Origin: Caecitellus pseudoparvulus
Taxonomy: Eukaryota > Protista > Bigyra: Bicosoecida
DNA: 64,000 nt
Assembly: GCA_965644315.1 (NCBI GenBank)
Contig: CBFFRQ010000048.1
Location: 97,252 to 161,251 of the forward strand
Reading direction: 5' to 3'
The stretch's first letter is position 1, and each line of letters starts with the position of its first letter. Positions 41,232 to 53,366 of the stretch are shown here, in pieces. A model generated the notes under the pieces. The model saw nothing but the letters and a program-made list of their open reading frames with translations, had not been told where the DNA came from and did no database searches. The position numbers were made by a program, and so were the translations under genes.

Positions 41232-42904
41232 ATGGCGGAGATCGAAGGTATGTGGTGCAGTGTACCACGCACCTCCTAATGCTGGACAACCCCTTCGTGG
41301 CCCGGCTTTGCTGCCGCCTCGCAGACTGTGTGCCTGACGTTGGACAGGAGGTGCAAAACGCAGACGAAACGCAACCAGCTCCTCGACCCACGCGTTTCAC
41401 CGGCAAGAAGAAGCTGAAGCGCCGCAAGCCCACACAAGGGTACGTTCTCGTGTCTAGATAAATCAGGTGTTGGGCGCTGGCAGGCAGAGTGGTTCACTGA
41501 TCCCGTGCTGCTCTGCGCAGGGCTGCTGCCGCTGCAGTGGTGAACCAGATCCCGGACGACATCCGGAACAATCCCCAGTTGGACGCAGCGATTTCAGTCG
41601 TGAGTGATGCGGGCGACAGGCGCATGTGGTACAGATGCGTGCGTGCATTTGACGTTCCCATGTTGGCACCACCTCTGCAGTTGCCTGCGAACTACAACTT
41701 TGAGATTCGCAAGACCATCTGGAAGCTGCGGCAGGCGGGCAGCAAGAAGGTGGCCCTGCAGTTCCCAGAGGGCCTGCTCATGTTTGCGTGCGTCATTGCT
41801 GACATTGTGAAGCAGTTCACGGGCGCCGACACGGTCGTCATGGGCGACGTTACCTACGGTGCCTGCTGCGTGGACGATCTGAGCGCCAAGGCGCTGGGCT
41901 GTGACTTCATGGTGCACTACGGACACTCCTGCCTGGTGCCCGTGTCCAACACCTCCATCAAGATGCTGTACGTCTTCGTGGAGATCACCTTTGACACGAC
42001 TCACGTGAGTGCGAGGCCGAGCCTGCTGTGGACTGCGCACACCAGCATCGCCCATCTCCCCTGTTCACAGCTCGTGCAACTGATCAAAGACAGCTTCGAC
42101 CACAGCAAGCCGCTGGCAGTGCTGGGCACGATTCAATTCGCAGCCGCCATCCACCGTGTGCGCAGTGAGCTGACGGGCACATTTCCGCGCCTGCTGGTGC
42201 CGCAGAGCAAGCCGCTGTCCCCAGGGGAAGTGCTGGGCTGCACCTCACCCCGTCTGCCAGAGGACATTCCTCACTACGTCTTCGTCTCGGACGGGCGCTT
42301 CCACCTGGAGTCTGCCCTCATTCACAACCCCACCAAGGCTGCCTTCAGGTACAACCCGTACGACAAGACCATGACGGCGGAGAGCTATGACCACGAGGCC
42401 ATGCGCACCGTGCGCAAGGCAGCCATAGATGCAGCTGTCGGCGCGGACACTGTGGGGCTCATCTTGGGCACGCTGGGGCGCCAGGGCAACCCTGCCATCC
42501 TTCGCCGCCTCAAAGCCCGCCTGCGCGCCGCCGGCAAGCGTGTCGTCACTGTGCTCATGTCCGAGATCTTCCCCCAGAAGCTGGCACTGTTTCCGCAAGT
42601 GCAGGCGTGGGTGCAGGTGGCGTGCCCCCGCCTCAGTGTGGACTGGGGGGAGGCCTTCACTGTGCCACTGCTGAACCCGTACGAGGCCAACGTGGCCTTG
42701 GACACGGCCGAGTGGGCGCCCGTGTACCCCATGGACTACTACGCAGCTGGTTCCGGCCCCTGGACGAATTACTACAAGGAGCCCCAGCCAGACGTGACGC
42801 CTGATGGCAGTGCGACGAGCAAGGCCTGCTGCGGACATGGCCCGGAGCCAGGCTGTGCCTGCAAGGGAGGCAGCCCGCCGCCCGCCGCTGCAGCTACCGA
42901 CTGA
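41232..42904 (+). CDS. DPH1: Diphthamide biosynthesis protein 1; introns 41248-41324, 41440-41520, 41600-41680, 42005-42070
   Basis: LPANYNFEIRKTIW, VALQFPEGLL, GDVTYGACCVDD, HYGHSCLVP, SPGEVLGCTSP, DGRFHLES, ILGTLGRQGN, QVACPRLSVDWG, YPMDYY. Confidence 0.95.
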
Positions 42905-45251
42905 AGGGGCTCCGCGCGTGTGCGGGGTGTGGGCTGTTGAGCAGTCTGTGTTTCATGCCTGGCGCGAGGGCGTCAGGTGCGCCGCCCCGCCGTGCCTGCA
43001 CCCGGGCCAGCACATCCTCCTGCTCTGCCAAGTCAAAGAACTCCAGCAGCTCATCGCGCAGCTTGGCCCCCGTGGAAGCCTGCACAGGCATGCTGGTCAG
43101 CGGGCTGGCGCCCACCACCTTGACACGCGCCTTTTGCCGGGACGGCCCACCTCGCTGGCGCGCCAGCTCTGCCGCAGCCAGCCTCGCTGCTGTGCCCACA
43201 GGCAGGTTGATGCCGAGGCTGGCGAGGGAGGCGGCGCTGACGGAAGGTACAGACAGGCTGGCAGGGGGGCCAGCTTGCGCCTCACGAGCCGTGACGTCTT
43301 CATTCAGGAGAGAGTCCAGGAATGCATCGTCTCCATCAGGCTGCTCCGTGCCACTGGAGGGTGAGTCCCGCTGAGGACTCAGGCGGCCCATGCGCAGGAC
43401 GGTTGCCCCCGTCACGGAGTCCTTGCTCTGATGGAGGGAGGCATGGTTGGAGGCGAGGCCCCCAATACTCTCATCCCGGAAAATGGAGGCAGGCGGTGCT
43501 CCCCGGGCCTGCTCAGCCCAGCTCGCCGCCGTCCCCCGCAACAAGACACTGTCTCCATCCAGGGAAGCGTCGGCCCAACTCGGCTGGGCGCCCACACCCC
43601 AGTTGCTCATGGAAGGGAAGGGCGCAGAGGTGTTCCCCCCCAAGCCCTCCAACTCTGGCCATGTGCTTTCATCCACCATGCTCTGCCGCGGTCGGCACTT
43701 GTCCTCCAACAGGGTCGCACGGACCGGCTCCGCAGCCTTCGCGCGCGGGTCTACATCTCCGAAGTGCAGTGCTCGCCCCACTGCATCAGTGTGCACACGG
43801 ATCGTGCGTACGTGGCCTGTGTCTGGATGCTCCACGTTGCGCGTGGCTGGAGCCTGGGTGGGCGAGTCAGCGCCCCCACTCGCAGACTCCATACGCAGAA
43901 CAGGGGACACGTGCCGAGCATGCAGCTCTTTCACTGCCTGGGGGGGCAGCATCCACCCCCCCGACAGGCCGTGGCCCCTTGCAGCAGCCTCGGCCTCAGG
44001 GAAGTCGTGCGTCATTTCCAGCACGGCGGCGAGTGCTGCTCGCCAAACCACCGGCGGTTGCCCGCCTCCCACGCAAGGAACCACTGCCTGCAGCAGCCCG
44101 CTCTCCACGGCTGCCCGCTGGCTGTCAGGGTTGTCACACACCAGCAGCTGGCATGCTCTGCAGAGGTGTGCGGTCGTCTCTGCGGAGAGCTTGCTTGCCA
44201 AGGCGTCACGCAAGGCACCGTGAAGGCGGACTGCCACTGCTGCACCGACGTTGACTTCACACCCTTGCAGCAAGCTGGCCGCGGCCCGGGCTGCCTGGGA
44301 TACAACTCCCCGTGCCATGTCCTTGGTTTTCAGACAAGGTGGGATGAGCGGCAGGATCTCTGTGAAGTCCTCCCGGTGCGCCGCTCCATCTCGGGCCAGG
44401 TTTGCGATGGCTCCCCAGCATGCTTGCAGAAGTCCCTGCTGCAGTCCTGACAGCATTGCAGCTGCATCTTGGCAAGCCCACTGAATAGTTGCGCACAGTG
44501 CCGCAGGGGCTCCAAGGCGCCGGAGTGACTCCCGGCACTGGGCGTCGGCAGCAGCCACGTTTCCCACGGCCCGCACAGCCAGCGCCACTGGCTTCGCATC
44601 CCTGTCAATGCCTGCCATGACCCGAAGGGCGGCAGCGACAGCGCCCGACTTCAGCGCAGCCCTGGCGGCAGGCATGCACCCCACGACAAAGTTTGCCAGG
44701 GCGCGAGCAGCCGCCTGCTGCACAGCGCTGGTCGGGCGCTTCAGGCACCGTGCCAGCACTTGCGCGACTCCGGCATCCACGGCCAGCAGCCGGGCGGCGT
44801 GGTTGGAATGCATCAAGTTGGCCAGCGCGCCGGCAGCAGCGCAAACTGCCTCCTCATCCAGCGCACAGGCATCTGCAAGCGCGGCGACGGCGTTCACTTC
44901 AACCAAAGTCTGCTTGCTCTTGGAGCTGAACGCGGCGGCATTCAACAGCACGCCTGCCGCCGCTGCGATGACCCGCTGGTGCTTTGAGCCAAGCAGGTGC
45001 ACGAGGTGGTGCAGCGTTCCAGCCTCGTGGAGCGCTTGGCGGCACACCGAGCTGCTGGCAGTCCACAGAACCAGTCGCTTCAGCGCTTTCACCGTTGGCT
45101 TTTGTGGAGCAGCAGGGTTCTGTGCCGCCTTCTGCACTGCCCGCGTGAGTTCGCCAAACTCCAGCGGCACGAGCCTTGCGTCGCTGGCCCCTGGCGGCAG
45201 GGCTGCTGCTGGACGCAGCTCTTGGTCTTGCACTGAAGCTGTGGCTGCCAT
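42894..45251 (-). CDS. Armadillo-repeat protein with disordered C-terminus
   Basis: Repeated AAGxLxNL/AARALANF ARM helices over the first ~420 aa; 3' end overlaps DPH1 by 11 nt. Confidence 0.75.
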   Translation of the reverse strand: MAATASVQDQELRPAAALPPGASDARLVPLEFGELTRAVQKAAQNPAAPQKPTVKALKRLVLWTASSSVCRQALHEAGTLHHLVHLLGSKHQRVIAAAAGVLLNAAAFSSKSKQTLVEVNAVAALADACALDEEAVCAAAGALANLMHSNHAARLLAVDAGVAQVLARCLKRPTSAVQQAAARALANFVVGCMPAARAALKSGAVAAALRVMAGIDRDAKPVALAVRAVGNVAAADAQCRESLRRLGAPAALCATIQWACQDAAAMLSGLQQGLLQACWGAIANLARDGAAHREDFTEILPLIPPCLKTKDMARGVVSQAARAAASLLQGCEVNVGAAVAVRLHGALRDALASKLSAETTAHLCRACQLLVCDNPDSQRAAVESGLLQAVVPCVGGGQPPVVWRAALAAVLEMTHDFPEAEAAARGHGLSGGWMLPPQAVKELHARHVSPVLRMESASGGADSPTQAPATRNVEHPDTGHVRTIRVHTDAVGRALHFGDVDPRAKAAEPVRATLLEDKCRPRQSMVDESTWPELEGLGGNTSAPFPSMSNWGVGAQPSWADASLDGDSVLLRGTAASWAEQARGAPPASIFRDESIGGLASNHASLHQSKDSVTGATVLRMGRLSPQRDSPSSGTEQPDGDDAFLDSLLNEDVTAREAQAGPPASLSVPSVSAASLASLGINLPVGTAARLAAAELARQRGGPSRQKARVKVVGASPLTSMPVQASTGAKLRDELLEFFDLAEQEDVLARVQARRGGAPDALAPGMKHRLLNSPHPAHARSPFSR

Positions 45252-45920
45252 GGGCTCGGTAACCAGGGCCTAGTCGGCCCACGACATATCTCTGCGTGGC
45301 GTGCGCCACAAATTCCGCTGCGGGTCACAAGGCAAGCAGCAATACTTGGAGCAGCACCCAGCAAAACATGTGAAGAAGAGAACCTGACCGTGGAGGGGGG
45401 ATGACGTGAGCTCGACGCATCTGGGGGTCACATGTGTGTTTTGCGGCTGGGGCAGCAGCTGCGTGTCGGGTCCTACCTCCAGCACGGCGCAACACAGCGC
45501 CCAGCACACGACTAACAATAAAGTAATTGGTAGCTGGCCCCTGAGTGTTGTACGGCCGGTTTTACGCTCGCAGTGAAGGCAGCTGTGCACGAAGCTGAGT
45601 GAGGACTGGAGCGCCTTGTGTGGCTTGCTTGGCCCTCACTGCAGCAGGGTCAGCCAAGCCAGCTTGATCCCCCTCTCAGCGTATCATGAAGGTGATAAAG
45701 GAAGCGTTGGCAAGCCCCCTCTGCGCGCTGGAGGCCCCGCTGGACGGCTCACTTTTCGACTGCAACGGCTGCACCGCACCAGCCACGGCACGTTCGGCGA
45801 CCAGTGGCGCAAGTGGCCCCCGTGCGCAAATCCACAAGTCACCGACACCCACAAGCCCAGAGAAGGCGATTTTTTCCGGCATGTGCTGAAAGCGCTTCCC
45901 CTGCCAACCTCTTCACAAAC

Positions 45921-46693
45921 ATGGTGCGTACACGCAGCGGCAAGCGGATGTGCTGCCAGGTTGATGGTGCAAGGCCTCCCGCTGCTCGCATCGCAGGCTG
46001 CCCACAGCAAGACGTACGAGAAGCCCGGCCTCAGCGAGGAGGAAATTGAGGAGATCCGTGAGGCCTTCAACTTGTTCGACACAGACGGAAGCGGTGCGTG
46101 AGCGGCACGGGGGGGTGCCAAGTGAAACGCTAGCCAAACGCTCGTCGGGCGCCCCCGCACACGTGCAGGCACCATCGACCCCAAGGAGCTGAAGCAGGCC
46201 ATGAAGAGCCTGGGGTTCGACGCCAAGAACGCCACCATCTACCAGATGATCCTTGACATCGACAAGGACGGCTCTGGCAGCATCGAGTTCGACGAGTTCT
46301 TGGACATGATGACACACAAGATGGTGCGAAACGGCAGCACGGGTGGCGGCCTGTTGCCGCCCCTTGCACGCCATGCCTCGCTACTCCTGCCCGCAGAGCG
46401 ACAAGGACACAGACGAGGACATCATGAAGGTGTTCAACTTGTTTGACGACGACGGGACGGGCAAGATCTCCCTGCGCAACCTCAAGCGCGTGGCCAAGGA
46501 GCTCGGGGAGACCATGACTGGTGCGTGGCGCACGTGCTGCGACAGAGAGCGCGCTGGAGCGTGCACACCCGCCACACACGCCTTCGCAGAGGCTGAATTG
46601 CTGGAGATGATTGAGCGCGCCGACGGGGACCAGGACGGCGAGATCTCCCCCCAGGAGTTCCGCGACATCATGACCAAGAAGACCTTCCACTGA
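45921..46693 (+). CDS. Centrin (EF-hand); introns 45924-45996, 46094-46168, 46324-46396, 46521-46589
   Basis: [40 protein letters not shown]...[39 protein letters not shown]...IMTKKTF. Confidence 0.95.
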
Positions 46694-46704
46694 TTCAGCC
46701 ACCC

Positions 46705-46712
46705 AATGCACT
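46705..46712. terminator. Putative bidirectional 3'-end signal AATGCACT
   Basis: In the 41-nt gap between convergent centrin and the ankyrin-TM gene. Confidence 0.5.
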
Positions 46713-46734
46713 GCCGCACACACCGCCAGCCAGC

Positions 46735-48191
46735 TCACTCTTGCTGCACCAGCGCCATCCAGGCGCCCAGCAGGGCCAGGATGGCCAGCAGGGCGTAGCT
46801 GAGGTGATTCAACCCCAGCGGGTTCGCAGCGGTTGCCGCCTTGCCGCCATCTGAGCCACCAGCACCCGCTGAAGCCGGGCCGCTCTTGGATGCGGTGGCC
46901 CCCCCAGCGCCTCGCTGTCTGAGGGACGGCACGGCGCCTGTGGCAGCCTCACCACTGGCCTCTCCCCCATCACCAGGCAGGGGCGCCAAGGCCCCCTCTG
47001 CAGTGTACGCGGGGCCAGGGGTGATGGTGCCAGGTGCTGGGCGGGGGGGCACGTTGGGGCCCTGTGGGTACATCTCCGCCATGATCTGCGGGCCAGGGAG
47101 GGTGTGTGGGGTGCGTGCCGCTGTGTGGCGTGCGCACACGGCTGTCGCTGCCACCCACGTGCTCATAGTCTGCCGCTGAGGTCATCGTGGCAACACTGGC
47201 GCCGTCATCCGCTAGCTCCCTGCGAGCGTACTCCAGCGCAGAGGTGGCCAGTGCATCCGGCTGGGCGCCTTTGTCTGAGTGGGGAAGACGGGGGGGGGCG
47301 TGTCGGGGGGGAGCCTCGCGCGTGCGGCGCGCGGCGTGTGCAGCACGCACCATCTGGAATGGAGTGATCGGCACCGGCTTGCAGCAACATGCTGCCGCAG
47401 GTGTCCGGCCAAATGGTGAGCTGGGCGGAGAGCGGGATGCCGCCGCCAGCGGCCTTGGCGTCCTTGGCCTGCTCGTGCAACTGCTTGGCAAACGCCTTCG
47501 CAGCTGCCATGTACGGCGTCTCACCGCGCTTCGTGCGTGCCGCCAGGGCGGTGTCCACGCCTGGTAGCGTCAGCAACCACTCCAGCATGGACGTCGCGTT
47601 GCCCTTGGTACGCAGGGCGTGATGGAGGGCGTTGCGCCCCCTGCTGTCCACCGTCGTGATGTCCACAGGCAGGCCCAGCTCCTGCATGTGCTGCAGCACG
47701 CCCAACTGCCCGCCCAGCACTGCGTGGTGCACGGGAGTGACTCCGGCGTTGTCTGGCGTTGCTGCGTCGGCACCGCGGCGGAGCAAGAGGGACACGGTGG
47801 CATCCTGGCCCAGACCTGCCGCATGGGAGAAGGGCGTGCGCCCAGCGGCGTCAGGCACGTTCACGCCTGCCCCCGCTGTGGACACAAGGTAGGCGATGAT
47901 GTCGGCGAGGCCAGTGTAGTCCGCCTCCACGGCTTGCACGAGGGGGGTGAAGCCAGCGCCTTCGTCCACGCCGTCCACGTCAGCCCCAGCCTCGACCAGG
48001 GCTGCAACAATGTCCACTGAGCCACTGCCGGAGCCTGAGCACGCCACGTGGAGGGGCGTGCTGCCCTCCACGTCCGTCACGGCCACCGCTGCCGGCCCAT
48101 GCCGAGCCAGCAGCGCCTTCAACGCTGCAACGTCAGAGCCTCGAGCGCAGTCGAAAATGGCCTGAGTGGCGTCCTCTGAAATACCTGCCAT
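46735..48191 (-). CDS. Canonical ankyrin-repeat protein with C-terminal transmembrane anchor; introns 47275-47350 and 47086-47158
   Basis: GSTPLHVAC, GFTPLVQAV, GRTPFSHAA, GVTPVHHAV, GRNALHHAL; last exon ends YALLAILALLGAWMALVQQE*. Confidence 0.8.
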
Positions 48192-48415
48192 GGTCCTGGC
48201 GCGCGTAGGCTGCGAGGTGTGCACTCTATGTCAGTGCGCAGCTTCCCGCCAACGTGCGAGGCGCTTGCGGAAATTGAGGCGCGTGAACACGGCAGTGATT
48301 CCACAGCGCTCCGACAAGTTGGCGTGCAAAGTGCTCGGCGCAGGTTTCTGGGCAAATGGACCCCTTGCTTACATGTCCAGGTGGCGCGGGTTTGCCACGT
48401 TTCGTGCATTGCAGC

Positions 48416-51400
48416 TCAAGCTGATCGTGCCTTCTTGGACTTCTTGGCCTTCTTCGCTGGCTTGGCAGCAGGTGCAGCCTCCTCACCGCTGCCCTCCTCA
48501 TCCTGCGCCAAGTCTGCAAAGGCAGCAGCCGCCTGCAACTTGGCTGCCATGGCGCTTCCCTTCTCCCGCTGGCGCTTGGTGCCCTTGCCTGCCTTGCCGG
48601 GTGTCGCCGGCGCCAGCCCCTCGAACCACGTCAGGTCCAGCTTGGCTGGCTTCTCGCCCAGGCGAGAGAGGGCAGACTGCGCCGCATTGCGCACCTTGCC
48701 GCTGGTGGAGCACCTGTACAGTGCCGAGAGGGCCTGCACGACAGCCTCCCGTGCAGCAGGGGGGGGTGTCGCGGGGGGGGTCTGTCCCGACCCGCCCCGG
48801 CGCACAGAGGGTGCCACCAGCATGCCCTTGGCCGCTGCGATGAGCTCCTTGAGCTTGGGCGCTGCGTGGGCGGCAGGCTGCTTGACATGCCCTGCCGCGG
48901 CGGCGGCCATGAGCAGGCTGGCCACGCCCGTCGCAGCCGCCCCCACTACCTCCTCGGCAGGCATGCCCACCAGTCGCTCAGCCGGGGGCGCCGGCGCCAC
49001 GCCACCGTCCAGCGCGACGTCCAGGCGCTTGCCCACGAGGGCTGCGTTCACAGTCACGGTGGGAAGAGTGGCGCCTGCCGGCAGGCACTGCCCCGCAGCG
49101 CGCAGGACAGTGGTGGCCAGGGCCGCCGCCTCAGCCTGGCGGAAGGCATTGGCGCCGTGGGTGATGGCGTGGGTGATGGCGGGCAAGGCGGCTGCTGACA
49201 CGGCAGGGGCGGCGGGCCACACGGGTGCGAACACCTTGGCGTTCAACTTGGTGTTCTTGTGGGTCAGGTAGGAGGTGGTGGCGTCTGCCAGCACAGCGGC
49301 CACGGGCGGCAGCAGGCTGCCCGGCTGGGTGGGGTCCAGCACGCCCGCCGCTGCCATGCCCCGCAGGAGCGTCGCAGCCACGGCACCGGCCAGGGAGGAG
49401 AAGGCTGCGCTGGGGCTGCCGCAAGCTAGCAGGAGGGCCTCCTCCACGCCGCTGGCTGCGGCGAGTGGGCCCACCCCCCGCACGGCGGCGGTGCCCCCTT
49501 CCAGCACCTCATCTCCCTCCTCCTCCTCCTCCTCCTCTTCAGGTGCACTGTCATCGGCCTCAGCCGCCTGCGACAGGGCGGGTTCGTCCTCCTCCACCAA
49601 CACGACGGTGGCACCACGCCCCGTCAGGCGGTGCAGCACCGCTGTCATGCGCTGCACGATGCCGCGAGACGGGTGCGCGCCGCCTGCCAGGCGCACTCGG
49701 TTGCACAGCAAGCGCAGCGCCCGCAGCACGGGCATGAGCAACAGTGCTCCGGACGGCGACTGTGCCCCGCGCGCAGCCCACGCATCCAGCACGTCGCTGG
49801 CGCGGAACTGGAAGGTGAGGGCTGCCTCTCGGCGGGCCTTGGCTGCTGCTGCGGCGGCGGCGCCCGCCTGCTTCATGCCGATGATGCCGGACACCATGCG
49901 GTCCATGGCCTGCATCTCCGCTGGCGTCGGCAGCGGCAGTGTGTTGATGCTGCCGCCGCCCACGCTGGCTGCGTCCCCCCCCTCACTCCCGCCATCGGCG
50001 CTGCCAGAGGCACTGCCAGAGGCACTGCCAGCCTCCTCCTCCTCGTCACTGCTCTCGTCCTCCTCGTCCTCCTCCTCCTCACCTTCGCTGCTGCTGCCCT
50101 CTGACCCAGCGTCAGACGCATCGCCACCCTCACTGCCCTCCTCCTCCTCCGCGGGGGCCGGCGCCAGGTCGTCCAGGGGTGTGGTCAGCACGGACACCAC
50201 CGCCTCCACGGCGCCAGCATTGAGTAGGGGCGTCAAGCCCCCTGCGGCAAGCTTCACGCTCTCGCGCACCAGGCCAGCGCCTGGGGCCGCCCCGCCGCCC
50301 AGGTTGGACAGCAGGCCCAGCAGCGTCTCCGCAACAACCACCACCGCCAGGCTGTCCCCACCCGGCATGGAAGCCGCCTCCTCAGCCCACGCACTCACTG
50401 GCACGCCATGCCACAGGGCTGCTGCCTTCTTGGCCTTCTTGGGGGTCTTCTTGCTCTTGCGGGGCGTGGGTGCCGGCTTGGCGGGCGCCAGGCTAGCGGC
50501 GGCTGCGAGGGGCAGGTGCAGCAGGGGCTTGGCAGCCGTGAGCAGATCACGCAGCAAGTCCAGGTGTCCGGCCGGCTCGGCCAGCACGCGCGTCGCGCCG
50601 GCAGCCAGCAGCGCGCCGTAGGTGAGGCATGTGCGCGTCAGGCCCGGGGCGGCCGTGTCCCCGCCAGGCCCCAGGGCTGTCTGCAGGGCGGCGGGGTCCG
50701 CCTCGGACAGCACATCGCCAGCCTGCACCAAGGCCTTGGCCAGCGTGAGGGCCTGAGGCAGCAGCCCCTCAACATCCTCAGGAGGGGTGTGGTGCACCAG
50801 GCCCGCAGCATCCAGGGCCGCCACCGTGTCCAGGGCCTGCCCACACACCTGCACGACGGCGGCAGAGGTGGCCAGGGCGACATCTAGCGCCAACTCGCTC
50901 TCCGTGTCGGGCTGCGGAGCTGCGCCGGCGCCCGTGGCGGCAGCGCCAGCTGCTGCACGGCGCGCCGCTCGTGCTGCGGCTGCCGCAGTCCCAGCAGCTG
51001 CGGCGATGTCCCACATGGCGGCAAAGGTCTTGTGTGCGACGGCGGAGATGGTGCCGCCCTTCACGAGGGGGGTGGGCAAGGCAGAGGTGCCGTCAGCGAG
51101 GGCGTCGGCGGGCAGTGGGCCCACGGCGTTCAGGGCGCCTCGGAAGGCGGCTTCCGCGGCGGCGTCTTCGAGGCGGAACAAGGAGGCGGCGAACAGGAAC
51201 ACCCGCGCGTGGGCGCAGGCCGTGGATGCGGCGGTGGAGTCCTGGCTGGCCAGGTGCCGCCACACGGAGGCGATGGCGTCCACACACCACAGGCGCTGCA
51301 CCTCCAGCGTGTCAGAGGCCTGCGTGAGGCCCGACACGAGGTCGGCATCCAGCTCCTCCGAGTCACTGGCGCCGCCCTCCTGCAGCGCCAGCAACGCAGC

Positions 51401-53069
51401 GTACTCGGAGTCATCCACGTCGTCACCGACTTCCCCTGCTGTGGGGGACTCCTCGTCACCTGCCGAAGAGGCGGCGTCATCATCACCCTCCCCCCCTCGT
51501 GCACCGCTGTCCCCCTTCAAGTACTGCCCCATGCAGCTGTACAGGTGCTGGATCAGGGTGGCTTCGTCCAGGAAGTGTGTGCACAGGCTCACCACGCGGC
51601 TGCGGGTGGCCTGGTCCCACTGCGCGTGGCCTCGCCCGTTCAGCGCCGCGAAGACCTCCGTGGCCAGGGCGGCGTCCCCTGCCGACACGACGCTGCCGGC
51701 GAGGGCTTGCAGTGCAAGGCGGGCGAGTTGGTGCAAGTAGTTGTCCCGTTTGCGAGCGTTGGCCTTGATGGCGTGCAGGAGGGGGCTGGACAGCATGATG
51801 CCCACCACCTCGGGGCTGGCGTGCGGCAGGTACAGCATGAACACGCGCAGCGCAGTGGCCTTGCGTTCGTGGGAGGCGCCCGGCGCCAGCAGCGGCGCGT
51901 CCACGCACTGCTGCCAGAACGAGGTGAACCCGGCGAGGGCGGCGGGGGAGGGGGCCAGGGGGCACCCTGCGCCCTGCTCTGCGCCGCTCTCCTTGCCCTG
52001 CACGCCGTGCCAGGCCTTGTCCGTCAACAGCCCTGTCTGGACAAAGGCGTCTCCGACACGGCGCCAGAAGGTGTGCAGGTGCGGGTAGGTGTGGCAGGCG
52101 GCCAGGGCAGCGGCGCGCAGGGGCGAGAAGTCCCCAGCCTCCACGGCCCGGGAGAGCAGCGTGGCGTAGGGCGGCGTCGCACCCGCGCCCTGCCCCGCCG
52201 TGTACAGGCGAGCTGTTGCGGAGATGAGGCTGGCGTGGGCTGGGTTGACCAGGGCGGCGGGCGCGCTGCCGCTGCTGCTGGTGGCGCCGATGAGGTTGCT
52301 GATGGGCCCATGGGCGTACTTTGCGTACAGGGTCTGCGGCACGCTGGGCACGATGGCGGCCAGGGCCTCCGAGGCCACCTCGGCTAGCCAAGCCTTCTTC
52401 ACAGCGAGGCTGGACAGCTCCGCGACGATGCTGCCGACGATGCGGCCAATGGGCATGCTGCCGACAGATGCCGCGTCAGAGTCCTGGACGTGGGGGTGGC
52501 AAGTGCAATGTGCGTGTGTGTTTGGGGGCGGCGGGGGGGGGGGGCGTGTGCGCCGGCAGTGCACGCGGAAATTGAGCTGAGCAGAACAGCTCTCCCCCAC
52601 GCGCGGCACTCACAGAGGTCACAGACAGGCGCCCAGCCCGGTGCAGGGCCAGGAAGCCGAAAATGCGGCCGAAGTACGCGTCACGCTCCTCGTGCCCCTT
52701 CATGCTGCCTGCCGTGCGCGTGGTGTCTTGGATCAGCTTGTACACTGCCGTGGTTGTGATGGCCGGCACGCCGCGCAGGAGCTCCACAAGGGCCGTCGCA
52801 AAGCCGGGCCGAGCGGCGGCGCGCCCGGACGACAGCCCCTTCACCAGGCGGCTGAGGGTGTACTGCACGTCGCTGGCGATGGCTGCAGCGCCATCGCCGC
52901 CCTGTGCCACGCGGGCGGCGGCTTCAAAGTCGGCTTGCGCCGCGAGGGCTTTGGAGGTGAGGGCGCTGGCCGCCGCAATGCGCTGCGCACGCGCCTCGGA
53001 GGCCAGGCCGTAGAACAAGTCAAAGAGGGAGGGGCCTGCGGCCCCCACTGGGGGAGTCTTCCCCGCCAT
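48416..53069 (-). CDS. DNA polymerase phi / Pol5 / MYBBP1A family nucleolar protein; intron 52484-52613
   Basis: YTLSRLVKGLSSGRAAARPGFATALVELL, ERDAYFGRIFGFLAL, HTYPHLHTFW, ASHERKATAL; acidic tract, then MQAMDRMVSGI...FQFRASDVLD; basic C-tail. Confidence 0.85.
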
Positions 53070-53366
53070 GCTGCCGATAGGAGGGCGAGGCACGCGAGGT
53101 GGGCTGGCGCGGAGTGGGCAGGGCAAGCGAAGAATGCGGAAGTTGGGCCACTGCACGCGTGACACAGAGGCACCCCCCCTCGGCAAACGCACTTGCACAA
53201 ATCCCCACACCCTCTGCTACCACGACTCCCCAGAGTGCCTTGGCAGCTGCAGCGTGTTTGCTGCATCGTGCTGAACTGCCGTCGCCCGGCAGGCCACCTC
53301 AAATGCTGCGAAGGTGTACTCGGCGTGCGGTGTCAGCGACGCCTGCCGCATCAAGTCAGCGGATAC

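Noticed and set aside
46735-48191. Ankyrin-TM gene as a member of the variable ankyrin family
   Set aside because: It has canonical TPLH-type repeats, introns and host-like codon usage, and lacks the family tail and spacer.
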